In this document: piece by piece, positions 9,110-17,242 of the stretch
How the letters are laid out: the number at the start of each line of letters is the position of its first letter
Numbering within the stretch: position 1 is the first letter of the stretch
The notes under the pieces: generated by a model
The model's database searches: none
What the model saw: the letters and a program-made list of their open reading frames with translations, nothing else
What the model was told of the DNA's origin: nothing
Virus record (IMG/VR): IMGVR_UViG_3300028840_000472
From: a virus
Lineage: Duplodnaviria > Heunggongvirae > Uroviricota > Caudoviricetes
Reading direction: 5' to 3' (one strand)
DNA length: 64,000 nt
Translations under genes and position numbers: made by a program

Positions 9110-9415
9110 TCATTTACACCACAGCCCCGCGCGTGTCGCGACGCACGTGATGTTCGGGAATTCGGTATGCTTGATGATCCAGATCGGCCCGTCTTCGGTG
9201 TCGTAGCGGTGCACGTCGCCGGGGAATGGCTGTCCCTGTACCACGGGATCCGGCCCCGGTCGTGCCTTCTCGCTGTACTCGCGTTCTGCCGGCCTGTCGT
9301 CGCCTATCAGGCGTTTTTCCACGACAGTGCACGACTTGCCCACGACCGCCGCCAGAATGCCCAGAATGGACACCACGATGACCAGTTCGATGATCGTGAA
9401 GCCCTTCACTTGCAT
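9110..9415 (-). CDS. Type IV prepilin-like / pseudopilin-like protein (101 aa)
   Basis: N-terminus MQVK-G-FTIIELVIVVSILGILAAVV matches the class III (prepilin peptidase) signal: short basic leader, Gly at -1, Phe at +1, Glu at +5 and a hydrophobic helix. C-terminal CVATRAGLWCK gives a disulfide-loop-like pair. Confidence 0.6.
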   Translation of the reverse strand: MQVKGFTIIELVIVVSILGILAAVVGKSCTVVEKRLIGDDRPAEREYSEKARPGPDPVVQGQPFPGDVHRYDTEDGPIWIIKHTEFPNITCVATRAGLWCK

Positions 9416-9720
9416 TTCTTCAAATCCCCTTTCTTGTGTTCATCCCACCATTGCGACAACGCCGGGTTTTCATCGAAATCGTAGTTCATGCGTGCCAGCG
9501 CCCGACACGCGCTGCACAGCAGCTGCTTCATCGTGACGCGCCCGGTTTCAGCGGCTTCTGCGATCGCGATCCCGCGCGCATGGTCTGCCCCGTACTGCGG
9601 TTCCCACGAATGCGGCCCCGGATGCCCTGCATCCAGATAACACGCTGCCGGTTCAGTGCTGTAGTCAGTGAAGCGCTGCCCACCGTCACGCGTACGCCCG
9701 CACGGTCCGCGACACGGCAT
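9406..9720 (-). CDS. Hypothetical Cys-rich protein (104 aa)
   Basis: TAATG overlap with the MazG stop and ATGA-type overlap with the pilin start. Only the C-terminal part of track ORF 9406..10143 is used, because the N-terminal part overlaps MazG out of frame. Confidence 0.35.
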   Translation of the reverse strand: MPCRGPCGRTRDGGQRFTDYSTEPAACYLDAGHPGPHSWEPQYGADHARGIAIAEAAETGRVTMKQLLCSACRALARMNYDFDENPALSQWWDEHKKGDLKKCK

Positions 9721-10241
9721 TACCGGTTGTCCCCGTCGCCATGGATCAGCCCCCGGTCTTCCCGGTCGCCCAGTTTTGACAGGTTGTCGTTTGCGACACT
9801 TTCCATCGTGCCGGCCATGGTGTCGATGATATACAGCAGCGCGCCCAGCAGAAGCCCCAGATGGTGAAGGATCTTGTCGCGCCGGCCTTCGAGCGCTTCC
9901 CCGCCCCGGATGACCTTCTTCCCCTGTTCGGCGATCGCGCCGGCATGAACGAACATCCAGCCGGCGGCATCCAGTGCCGACCCGTAGTGTCCGCCGACAA
10001 TTTGTATCGCGCCCAGTGTGCGCCCGCACGTGATCGCGACGGCGTTGCAGTACCACAGCACGTCGCCGCATTCCTTCAGGATGTCGTCGGTCATGACCGA
10101 CTTCGACGCCAGCTTCATGTACGTTTCGGATGTCTCGCCGCACAGCCCCAGCGCTGGATACGCAATGTCGCTGCCGGCCTTCGGGTAGATGGCGAACTTG
10201 AATGCCCGCCCGCTATAGTCGTCAAGTTGTTCTGGTGTCAT
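9720..10241 (-). CDS. mazG: MazG-like nucleoside triphosphate pyrophosphohydrolase
   Basis: EExxE...ExGDxLW-type motif: LCGETSETYMKLASKSVMTDDILKECGDVLWYCNAV. Confidence 0.6.
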   Translation of the reverse strand: MTPEQLDDYSGRAFKFAIYPKAGSDIAYPALGLCGETSETYMKLASKSVMTDDILKECGDVLWYCNAVAITCGRTLGAIQIVGGHYGSALDAAGWMFVHAGAIAEQGKKVIRGGEALEGRRDKILHHLGLLLGALLYIIDTMAGTMESVANDNLSKLGDREDRGLIHGDGDNR

Positions 10242-10503
10242 CGTATTCGGTCCTTTCGTTTTCGTCGAGTATTTTCTTCAGTGCCGCGCGCAGTCCGGCT
10301 TCGTATTGCTTGTATTCTTTCGATTCGGATCGACCAAAACCATCGCGTGAACAGCTGCCCCAGTAGTGCAGCAGGTCAACGCCTTCGCCGCAGCATAGAT
10401 GCAGATTCGCCGTGACAATAACTTCTTGCAAGACGGCGATTTCGTCTTTCAGATCTTCGACCTGCTTGCGCAGCCGGTCTTCTTCGCTGTTAAGTATCCC
10501 CAT
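10222..10503 (-). CDS. Hypothetical protein (start uncertain)
   Basis: ORF track 10222..10566, trimmed to an internal Met to limit overlap with the upstream gene. Confidence 0.3.
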   Translation of the reverse strand: MGILNSEEDRLRKQVEDLKDEIAVLQEVIVTANLHLCCGEGVDLLHYWGSCSRDGFGRSESKEYKQYEAGLRAALKKILDENERTEYDDTRTT

Positions 10504-10675
10504 CGTCTTCGTCCCGCCAGCTAACATCCAGCGCGTAGCTTTTGCCGTTGACAACAATGCGGACAAAACTGCCCGCGACTTCTTCCACGAATGCGACCTG
10601 TTGTTCCATCGCTTCTTCCGCCTGCGTGTGCGTCAGTCGATCTTCGTAGGCTAAAAAACCGTAGTTCTGCGACAT
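10490..10675 (-). CDS. Hypothetical acidic protein (61 aa)
   Basis: TAATG overlap with the upstream gene; AGGAACG RBS. Confidence 0.4.
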   Translation of the reverse strand: MSQNYGFLAYEDRLTHTQAEEAMEQQVAFVEEVAGSFVRIVVNGKSYALDVSWRDEDDGDT

Positions 10676-10953
10676 TATACGTTCCTGTACATTTCCTTGA
10701 ATTTTGCAACGTTGAAACCGTTGCACGCCTTGCACCGTTCTGCGTCGTCGATGTAACCCAGCCCGCCGCACTTCTTGCACGGGTAGATAATTTTCTTCAG
10801 GTTCTGGATCGTGCTGTACAGCTGCGAATTCGCGCGCTGCACGGCTTGATGTTTTTGCTTCATGTCATCGTAGCGGTTGTTCGCGATGCGTACGCGTTGC
10901 GACATGGCGAACAAATCATTCCCCAGCTTTTTTATTTTTTCGTCAGGCGTCAT
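10675..10953 (-). CDS. Zinc-ribbon protein (CKKCGG...CKAC)
   Basis: ORF track; CxxC...CxxC pair. Confidence 0.45.
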   Translation of the reverse strand: MTPDEKIKKLGNDLFAMSQRVRIANNRYDDMKQKHQAVQRANSQLYSTIQNLKKIIYPCKKCGGLGYIDDAERCKACNGFNVAKFKEMYRNV

Positions 10954-11141
10954 TCCAGCATCCCACGCACAAGCTTTTCGCAGTAGGTTTCTTGCCGGTT
11001 GTTCAGCATGTCAGCGACTTCCCTGATTGTGTCGCGTCGGCACCGCTTCAGTTCTTCTTCGTGCCGGCAGTATACGCACGACGGCGGTTCACCGGACCAC
11101 ATGACTTCGTTCGGGTAAGGTGTTCCATGCTTACACGGCAT
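10950..11141 (-). CDS. Small Cys-rich protein (63 aa)
   Basis: ORF track; 4-nt overlap coupling. Confidence 0.35.
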   Translation of the reverse strand: MPCKHGTPYPNEVMWSGEPPSCVYCRHEEELKRCRRDTIREVADMLNNRQETYCEKLVRGMLE

Positions 11142-11397
11142 TTTTTCTGTCCCTTAGCCACAGCGTGCACATCGTGAAGGCGATGCCGTGTGTTGTGTAA
11201 TGTTCTGTCGCGTGCGAACTGGTGTACACGATTAACGGATGCAAATGATTGTCGTGTCGCATACGTAGCACTTCCCAGTCGCCGTTCGTCTTGACTTCAC
11301 GCCAGCCGTGTTCGATCAGCCATGCCTTGAAGTCGGCCAGCTTGTCGATGTGCAGCATGTTACGCGATGTCGTCACGCATCCGTCCTGCGTGTGCAC
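11131..11397 (-). CDS. Hypothetical protein (88 aa)
   Basis: ORF track. Confidence 0.4.
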   Translation of the reverse strand: MHTQDGCVTTSRNMLHIDKLADFKAWLIEHGWREVKTNGDWEVLRMRHDNHLHPLIVYTSSHATEHYTTHGIAFTMCTLWLRDRKNAV

Positions 11398-11666
11398 TTG
11401 ATGCGCAGTTCGCGCTGCTCGCGCTCACACCACGCGACAACATTCTTCGCTTTCTCGAAGCTTTCGTAGCGCCTGTCGCTGAAGCTGCCGCGAAATATCG
11501 GGCACGTAATCGTCTTGATCTTGAAGAAGCGATTCCCGTCGTCGTCAAGGCATTCGTATATGTGCCATTGCTTGTGCTTCTCGTAGTATTCCATCACCTT
11601 GAAAAAGCCCTTGATCGCAGCCGCAAGTAACAGCAGGATCGGTAGCAGGTAGATTTCGTCGCCCAT
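11373..11666 (-). CDS. Small membrane protein with N-terminal transmembrane segment
   Basis: ORF track; LLPILLLLAAAIKGFF hydrophobic segment. Confidence 0.4.
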   Translation of the reverse strand: MGDEIYLLPILLLLAAAIKGFFKVMEYYEKHKQWHIYECLDDDGNRFFKIKTITCPIFRGSFSDRRYESFEKAKNVVAWCEREQRELRIKCTRRTDA

Positions 11667-11989
11667 TATTGTTGCTGCTCCTTCGGCGGTGCTTCTTCGT
11701 AGTGGTACATGTACATCTTCTTTTCCTCGATGCGTTGCGACACGCCTTCCAGTACGCGCGGGTAGCTGATAACGCGCGACGTTGCGATCATTGCCAGCAC
11801 GGCATACAGGTCCGTCAGTTCGTCTTCGAGTGCTTCAGCATTCGTCGGCGATGGTTCACGCGACGGAAAACGTTCATCCGGTCCGTGTCGCAACAGCTTC
11901 GATATTGCCTGCTGCACTTCGGCGCACTCTTCCGCCAGCACGATCAGCAGTTCAACCTGTCGCGCGCTAAGTTCGACTATTCCTTGCAT
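11666..11989 (-). CDS. Hypothetical all-alpha protein, possibly MazG/NTP-PPase-like
   Basis: ORF track; EECAEVQQAISKLLRHG resembles a MazG-family metal-binding helix. Weak. Confidence 0.3.
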   Translation of the reverse strand: MQGIVELSARQVELLIVLAEECAEVQQAISKLLRHGPDERFPSREPSPTNAEALEDELTDLYAVLAMIATSRVISYPRVLEGVSQRIEEKKMYMYHYEEAPPKEQQQ

Positions 11990-12575
11990 TCATGTGCACC
12001 TTTAACGCGTCGACAATATCGATCGCGTCCTTTATCCCTTCCAGCTTCAGGACACGCCGCAGCGGGCGTTCGGTTTCGTTGACGTCGTTCCACTTGCCAT
12101 GCAGTTGCGACAAAACATCGCGCAGCGCGGACATGTAACCGATCGGGATCGGACCCGGATCCCCCGGCAGCTGCGATTCCAGTTGCGCGGCATACTCCTG
12201 CGCCTTGTGCAGTTCTTCCTTGAACTTCGCCAGCTGTTCGCGATGCTGGTCGCGTTCCTTCGCCGTTTGCATGGCGAGCCGGTCGTAAGCGTCATTCTGC
12301 GCTTTCAGCGAATCGTTAACCGCTTTGAACTTGTCCTTCAGTTCGCGAAGTTCCTTTTCCAGCTGGCAGCGCGCGTCCAGCAGCCCGCCTTCCACGACAC
12401 ACTGCCCGGCAGACAGCATAAAGTTGTCCGCTTCCAGTCGTTCGATGTCGCGCTGAATGTTACGCGTCAGATGTCGCGCCATGCGCCCCGCTGCATTGCG
12501 TTGTATCCCGCTGTCCTGCAGGTACTGGTAGATCGTCACTTCCAGCGACGGCTTATCCTGTCTTTCTTCGGTCAT
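11967..12575 (-). CDS. Coiled-coil protein (about 202 aa)
   Basis: ATGA overlap with the upstream stop at 12572-12575; long heptad-like region. Confidence 0.45.
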   Translation of the reverse strand: MTEERQDKPSLEVTIYQYLQDSGIQRNAAGRMARHLTRNIQRDIERLEADNFMLSAGQCVVEGGLLDARCQLEKELRELKDKFKAVNDSLKAQNDAYDRLAMQTAKERDQHREQLAKFKEELHKAQEYAAQLESQLPGDPGPIPIGYMSALRDVLSQLHGKWNDVNETERPLRRVLKLEGIKDAIDIVDALKVHMNARNSRT

Positions 12576-12859
12576 GTGTTCCACCTGAATGCGATATAAC
12601 TGCACGCCTTATTCGGCAAGTTCTCCGCCGGCGTGCCCTTCGGCACCAGCAGAATAATGTCGTCCCCGTTGCGGCTGGTATGGTACACATCCGCGTCGGG
12701 GAATTGATTGCGACAAAACGCGACGCTTTTATCGACCGATAGCGAATAGAATGCGACGCCGTGTCCGTTCTTGAATGCTGCGCGAACGTTCACGTCGTCG
12801 ACCGGGTACTGGTGCGCTTCCAGTCGATCCGGGTTATCCGCTTTCCAATCAAACGTCAT
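12572..12859 (-). CDS. Hypothetical protein (95 aa)
   Basis: ORF track. Confidence 0.4.
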   Translation of the reverse strand: MTFDWKADNPDRLEAHQYPVDDVNVRAAFKNGHGVAFYSLSVDKSVAFCRNQFPDADVYHTSRNGDDIILLVPKGTPAENLPNKACSYIAFRWNT

Positions 12860-12880
12860 CGACCTTCGGGAATTTGTATT

Positions 12881-13063
12881 TCATGGCTTCCCCCTTCTGA
12901 ACTTGTCGCGTACGCTGGCGTCGTCTTTTGCGACACCGGCATCCGCTTCCGCTTCGGCTTCCTTGAACCAGCCGAACAAGTGACGCCCCGCGATCTTGAT
13001 CAACGGGAATAGCATGATCACTGCCAGAACAATGATCACTGCTGCACCGACGTATCGCATCAT
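12881..13063 (-). CDS. Small membrane protein (60 aa) immediately downstream of the SPFH gene
   Basis: AGGGGA RBS before the ATG at 13063; transmembrane segment AAVIIVLAVIMLFPLIKIA followed by a charged tail. Confidence 0.4.
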   Translation of the reverse strand: MMRYVGAAVIIVLAVIMLFPLIKIAGRHLFGWFKEAEAEADAGVAKDDASVRDKFRRGKP

Positions 13064-13074
13064 GACGGCATCCC

Positions 13075-14046
13075 CTAGCGCGAGATCTTGAACGCGTTTT
13101 CGAGTACGCCGTTCAGATCCATAAGTGAATTCGTTCCCGGTGCACCTGTCGGCACGCCGTAGACCTTGACGTTCGGTCCAAGGTTCTGCGCCCATTCGAT
13201 CGCGGCGACGTACTGCGCGCCCGGTCCTGTGTACGCGTTCGTCAACAGACGCGCGCCTTCGGCTTCTGCAGACTTCACCGCCAGAATGCCCTTCGCGATT
13301 TCTTCCTGCTTCAGTCGTTCGCCTTCACCTTCCAGCCGGCGTTTCTCGCGTTCTGCTTCGGCTTCCTTGATGCGCTTCTGTTTCTCGCCTTCGGCGATGT
13401 TCGCGATCTTGACGGCGGTATTCTCCGCCGCTTCCGCCTTGCGTTCTTCGATGATCACCTTCTGCGCGGCCATGGCTTTTTCTTCCAGTGTCGCAACGAA
13501 CTGCGCATTCGTGAAATCGATGTCGCGCAGGTTGACGGTAATCAGGAAGCCGCGTTCCTTCAGCTTGTTGTCGAGTATGGTTTGAATCGCCTGCTGTACG
13601 CCTTCACGCCCTTCGCTGGTGTAGATTTCATCCGACAGCTTCGACGGCACCTTGTCGCGTATCGCGCTGCGCAGTGCAGGGAACACGACTTCTTCCCAGT
13701 AGTCCGGCCCGATGTTTTCGTGGATCCACGGCACGCGATCAGGCTGCAGTCCCATTTCCAGCGACACGTCGATCAGTACCGGCTGACCGTCTTTCGTTTG
13801 TGTCTCGACGTCTTTCAGCACGTACTGGCGAAAGCGTACATCGTAGATCGGCACATCGTACGTGACCGGATTGATCCAGTGCAGACCGGTGTCCAGTGTG
13901 TCGTCCTGCATTCCCTGCCCGATGCCGATCTTCTTCACTTTCAAACCGGTTTCACCCGGATCGATGTCGGTCAGTCCGAACACAAAGAACAACGCCAGTA
14001 TTGAAACAAGACCGACGCCAGCGCTTAAAGATATTATGTTCCGCAT
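13075..14046 (-). CDS. SPFH / band-7 (stomatin/prohibitin/HflC-like) membrane protein
   Basis: N-terminal transmembrane segment, then an SPFH core (DVPIYDVRFRQYVL...TKDGQPVLIDVSLE...LSDEIYTSEGREGVQQAIQTILDNKLKERGFLITVNLRDIDF) and a C-terminal EA-rich coiled coil. Start set at the internal ATG (TAATG overlap). Confidence 0.75.
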   Translation of the reverse strand: MRNIISLSAGVGLVSILALFFVFGLTDIDPGETGLKVKKIGIGQGMQDDTLDTGLHWINPVTYDVPIYDVRFRQYVLKDVETQTKDGQPVLIDVSLEMGLQPDRVPWIHENIGPDYWEEVVFPALRSAIRDKVPSKLSDEIYTSEGREGVQQAIQTILDNKLKERGFLITVNLRDIDFTNAQFVATLEEKAMAAQKVIIEERKAEAAENTAVKIANIAEGEKQKRIKEAEAEREKRRLEGEGERLKQEEIAKGILAVKSAEAEGARLLTNAYTGPGAQYVAAIEWAQNLGPNVKVYGVPTGAPGTNSLMDLNGVLENAFKISR

Positions 14047-14276
14047 TAGTTGTTCCCCTGCATCTGGTTTGTTTTCGCGACTTGTGAGTACAACCAGTAC
14101 ACGCCGCATTGTGTACAGTACAAACGCTTCCCGTCGCTGACGATGCCGTGATCAGCGTCGATCGGACATTCATACATTTCTTCGTACCACAAAGATTCCT
14201 GCATACTCTGCGGATGAAGATCTTCTGTTTCGCCCTGCGATTCTGGCGGTAACATTATCGTCGACTTATTTGTCAT
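14046..14276 (-). CDS. Small zinc-ribbon-like protein (CPID...CTQC)
   Basis: ORF track. Confidence 0.4.
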   Translation of the reverse strand: MTNKSTIMLPPESQGETEDLHPQSMQESLWYEEMYECPIDADHGIVSDGKRLYCTQCGVYWLYSQVAKTNQMQGNN

Positions 14277-14619
14277 ATTCGTGTAACTCCGTTCTCATAT
14301 CACGTAGTGCAGATTCAAACTTGTCGCGGTTGCGTTCCGCGTACGCCATTTCCAGACGCCGAAGGATCAGCTGTGCATCGGAATAGACGGCATGATTCAG
14401 ATCCCGGTATACGTCGCGCATGGCAAGATCCAGATCGCCTTCCGCGCATGTGAATGTACGCTTCCATCTGACGCTTACTTCGTAGTCGCGCGTGACCTTG
14501 TACGGTGTAGACGGTTCCGTTATGTCTTCGACCTTGTACGTCGGCAGCGTCCACCATTCTTCGGCTGGTCGATAGTTCCCGGTATACTCCGGTCGCAGTA
14601 TGCGCAATAACCTAGACAC
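14266..14619 (-). CDS. Hypothetical protein (117 aa)
   Basis: ORF track. Confidence 0.4.
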   Translation of the reverse strand: MSRLLRILRPEYTGNYRPAEEWWTLPTYKVEDITEPSTPYKVTRDYEVSVRWKRTFTCAEGDLDLAMRDVYRDLNHAVYSDAQLILRRLEMAYAERNRDKFESALRDMRTELHEYDK

Positions 14620-14863
14620 GACAATTCCATCGCGTAGCGATCACAGTGAGCACACGCGCTTCTTCGATCGTGCCGTAGCGGAACGTATCAGGGTTCCACG
14701 TTTCGCGACCGGTCAGTGTCAGTTCGTCAGACTTCTGCATGGACATGCCAGCGCCGCACCCGTCGCAATCGATGTCGATCATGCTACCCTTCACGTGCAC
14801 GCGCGGATCCGTGCCGCAGAATGGACACGGCAAAAATTCTATGTTCTCGACCGTAGTGCCCAT
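14612..14863 (-). CDS. Lar-like (restriction alleviation family) zinc-ribbon protein
   Basis: LPCPFCG...CDGCG zinc ribbon near the N-terminus, as in Lar-family proteins. Confidence 0.4.
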   Translation of the reverse strand: MGTTVENIEFLPCPFCGTDPRVHVKGSMIDIDCDGCGAGMSMQKSDELTLTGRETWNPDTFRYGTIEEARVLTVIATRWNCRV

Positions 14864-15111
14864 ACTTCGTTCCTTGTGTGAGGACAGATCTTTTTGTGGT
14901 CTTCGATGATCATGTTCGCTTTTACCAGTTCATTGACACGACCGCAGACCGCGTTGATCGGCATTGCCAGCAAGTGCGACAATTCCTGTCGCGTGTAGTC
15001 GTACTGCCGGCCCGACACGATCAGCTTCAGCACTTCCGCGCGCTGCGTGCTGCCCTTGCCTGACTCAACAAGGTCGTTGTATGCCTGAATGCTTGTATCA
15101 CGTACCGCCAT
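14839..15111 (-). CDS. Winged-helix DNA-binding protein, putative transcriptional regulator
   Basis: TRQELSHLLAMPINAVCGRVNELVKANMI HTH-like stretch. Confidence 0.4.
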   Translation of the reverse strand: MAVRDTSIQAYNDLVESGKGSTQRAEVLKLIVSGRQYDYTRQELSHLLAMPINAVCGRVNELVKANMIIEDHKKICPHTRNEVWALRSRT

Positions 15112-15192
15112 AATTCACCCGTTATAGATGCGCCGGCGGGTCGGGCAATTCGAACGCAGATACGTTAACGAATTCCCGCCGACGCGATGACT

Positions 15193-15651
15193 TTACGCCG
15201 CGCAGGATACGCTGGACGTCGTTATCTGCAGCCGGCCCAGCCCGACAAGCACGCCGATGTATTCCAGTGGCAGATCGACTTCGACACGCGCTTCGACCTT
15301 CACCCTGATCTGCGCGACATGACTTTCATAGCGGACAACACTGACGATCGTCTGTCCGTTGTAGCCCATTTCAGCGTCCTTGTGATCGATCGCCCATTCC
15401 GCCAGCTGCCTGACGTGCTCGACGTTGTTCGGGTCGTAGTAGCCGCCCCACTTGCCGATCGACAGCTGCGACAGGATACCGACGTCGCGCTGTATCATTG
15501 TGGTGAACTTGTCTTCAAGTGTGGCGTCTTCCAGATCGAACGAAAGTCCGACGCTTAACAGTTCCCCTATGATGCTGCGCTGGTACTCTTCGACCGTATG
15601 CAGCGCATCGTATTCGTCGATCTGTTGCAGTGTTTCTCGCAGTGTCATCAT
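15193..15651 (-). CDS. Hypothetical protein (152 aa)
   Basis: ORF track. Confidence 0.45.
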   Translation of the reverse strand: MMTLRETLQQIDEYDALHTVEEYQRSIIGELLSVGLSFDLEDATLEDKFTTMIQRDVGILSQLSIGKWGGYYDPNNVEHVRQLAEWAIDHKDAEMGYNGQTIVSVVRYESHVAQIRVKVEARVEVDLPLEYIGVLVGLGRLQITTSSVSCAA

Positions 15652-16034
15652 GTTCGTGTCCTCAGTTTGTGCTGTATCTGCTGCAGCGTGTGCTTCGCTT
15701 CGTTGCGTTGTTTGCGACAGATTTCCAGACCCTGTCGCTGTTTCCTGATCAAATGTTCGCAGTCGCTGCGCTGGCGTTCCAGCTGTTCCAGCAGGTACGC
15801 GCTGCGTGTTGCGATGCTCAGGATCCTGTGATTCGTTTCCCCTGTCTCGTTGTAGTTGATTGCCATGATCGAAACCCGATCATGATAGTCGATCAGCTGC
15901 TGCACGGTTTGCGGATACGCATCCGCCAGCCGGCGCAAGTCCTTGCGCATTAGCCAGACAACAAACCGCGACAGCAGCCGGCTGATCATCGACGGCGCTT
16001 CAGTCTTCAGCTGCAGCTTCGGTTCGTGCTGCAC
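15648..16034 (-). CDS. Hypothetical protein (128 aa)
   Basis: ORF track; 4-nt overlap coupling. Confidence 0.4.
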   Translation of the reverse strand: MQHEPKLQLKTEAPSMISRLLSRFVVWLMRKDLRRLADAYPQTVQQLIDYHDRVSIMAINYNETGETNHRILSIATRSAYLLEQLERQRSDCEHLIRKQRQGLEICRKQRNEAKHTLQQIQHKLRTRT

Positions 16035-16248
16035 GGTTTTCGGCCTTGAACACTTCCCAGCGATTGATCAGGTTCGTGACGCTGGTAATCTGGCGATCCT
16101 TCGCGTTCGCGTAGTTCGCAGACAGGAACACGTCGAGTTCCTTTTTCACGTCAAGCTTCGCCTGATGTGCCATCGCTTCAGCCTGCTTCGTAAACTCTTC
16201 GCCGTCGTCCGTAACGTACATCGGTTTGTTCACTCGCCTGATTGACAT
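16000..16248 (-). CDS. Hypothetical protein (82 aa)
   Basis: ORF track. Confidence 0.4.
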   Translation of the reverse strand: MSIRRVNKPMYVTDDGEEFTKQAEAMAHQAKLDVKKELDVFLSANYANAKDRQITSVTNLINRWEVFKAENRAARTEAAAED

Positions 16249-16249
16249 G

Positions 16250-16516
16250 CTAGTCCCCTTTCAGTTGTGCCCGTTCATAGTCGGGCCATGGTAAGTGCGC
16301 CCACGCGTCAAGCCGTGCAATGTCGCCGACGCGCTTCGCGCTGATTCCGTAGCGTTTGCCGATTGCCGGGTACGTGTACTGCGCGATCAATTCCCGCAGT
16401 CGTGCGTACTCGACAAGATCTTCACGAATCGCTTCGACGGTTTCGTTGTCCAGTATAGCGTTCGGATGATCTTCCCCACGTCGCAATCGCGCGTCGCCCT
16501 TGCTTGCTTTTCGCAT
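16250..16516 (-). CDS. Small HTH-containing protein (88 aa)
   Basis: ORF track; IGKRYGISAKRVGDIARL HTH-like. Overlaps the next ORF out of frame by about 95 nt, so one of the two starts is probably wrong. Confidence 0.35.
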   Translation of the reverse strand: MRKASKGDARLRRGEDHPNAILDNETVEAIREDLVEYARLRELIAQYTYPAIGKRYGISAKRVGDIARLDAWAHLPWPDYERAQLKGD

Positions 16517-16646
16517 CGATGTGTCCGTTCTGTATGTTCTGTTCCAGTTGTTCTTCCGGCGGCATCTTCAGCCACAGGTTCGGATACCAGTGCCCGGATA
16601 AATCCCACGCGCCCCACGGCACGCTAACCTTGATGTCGTCAGACAT
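16422..16646 (-). CDS. Hypothetical Trp-rich protein (74 aa); its C-terminus overlaps 16250..16516
   Basis: ORF track; the N-terminal two thirds look protein-like. Confidence 0.25.
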   Translation of the reverse strand: MSDDIKVSVPWGAWDLSGHWYPNLWLKMPPEEQLEQNIQNGHIDAKSKQGRRAIATWGRSSERYTGQRNRRSDS

Positions 16647-16921
16647 TAGTGCAGATCCCCCGGTGCCGCGCCATGCGGTGCGGGTTCTGCTGCGCTTGTA
16701 CTGGTCAGTGCGCTGCGTGCCTTGTCCATGCGACTGTGTAGTCGTTCCAGTTCGTCGGCGTTCTTATTCAGCTGCCTGCACGCCGCCTTGATTTCGTCTT
16801 CACTGCGCGCGATGCTTTGTCGCAGCTGCTTCTCTTTCTTCCCGGCCATGACGAACGCGATAGACGCGCCGATGATCACGCCGAAGGTTCCGCCAACAAA
16901 AAAAGCTGACCCGCATTCCAT
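16646..16921 (-). CDS. Small membrane protein (91 aa)
   Basis: GGGGA RBS before the internal ATG; transmembrane segment FFVGGTFGVIIGASIAFVMAG. Served by a TTGACG-17-ATAATT promoter at about 17060-17095. Confidence 0.4.
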   Translation of the reverse strand: MECGSAFFVGGTFGVIIGASIAFVMAGKKEKQLRQSIARSEDEIKAACRQLNKNADELERLHSRMDKARSALTSTSAAEPAPHGAAPGDLH

Positions 16922-17242
16922 TACGTAATCCCCGCATGTTTGAGTAAACGCAACACCATCGCAGCGGCCAGCATAAATGCAGCGACGGCTATCAACGCAG
17001 CGCGCAAACAGCGCCACACGAATTCCTTTGCGTTCATCCCCTGATTTCTAAATTTCTAACACGTGACAATTATGCCACGTCAAAAAACTGCGTCAAGAAA
17101 AAAGTTCAATAATTTGTGTCGCCATGCAGCCGGCCATAAAGCCGTAATAGAACGCCAGTAGACAGGCGATCCATGCAACGATGCGGCGGCACTGTGCGTC
17201 ACAGTCTCCCATGATCACATAGCGCCGCCGCGACGATTTCCT

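Noticed and set aside
9406-10143. 245-aa minus-strand ORF
   Set aside because: Its N-terminal two thirds overlap the MazG gene out of frame and read as Arg-rich nonsense. Only the C-terminal 104 codons (9406..9720), which begin at a TAATG coupling site, were kept.
17018-17242. 39-aa hydrophobic micro-ORF (MGDCDAQCRRIVAWIACLLAFYYGFMAGCMATQIIELFS) in the intergenic gap
   Set aside because: Too short and without a convincing RBS. The gap is better explained by the TTGACG-17-ATAATT promoter it contains.
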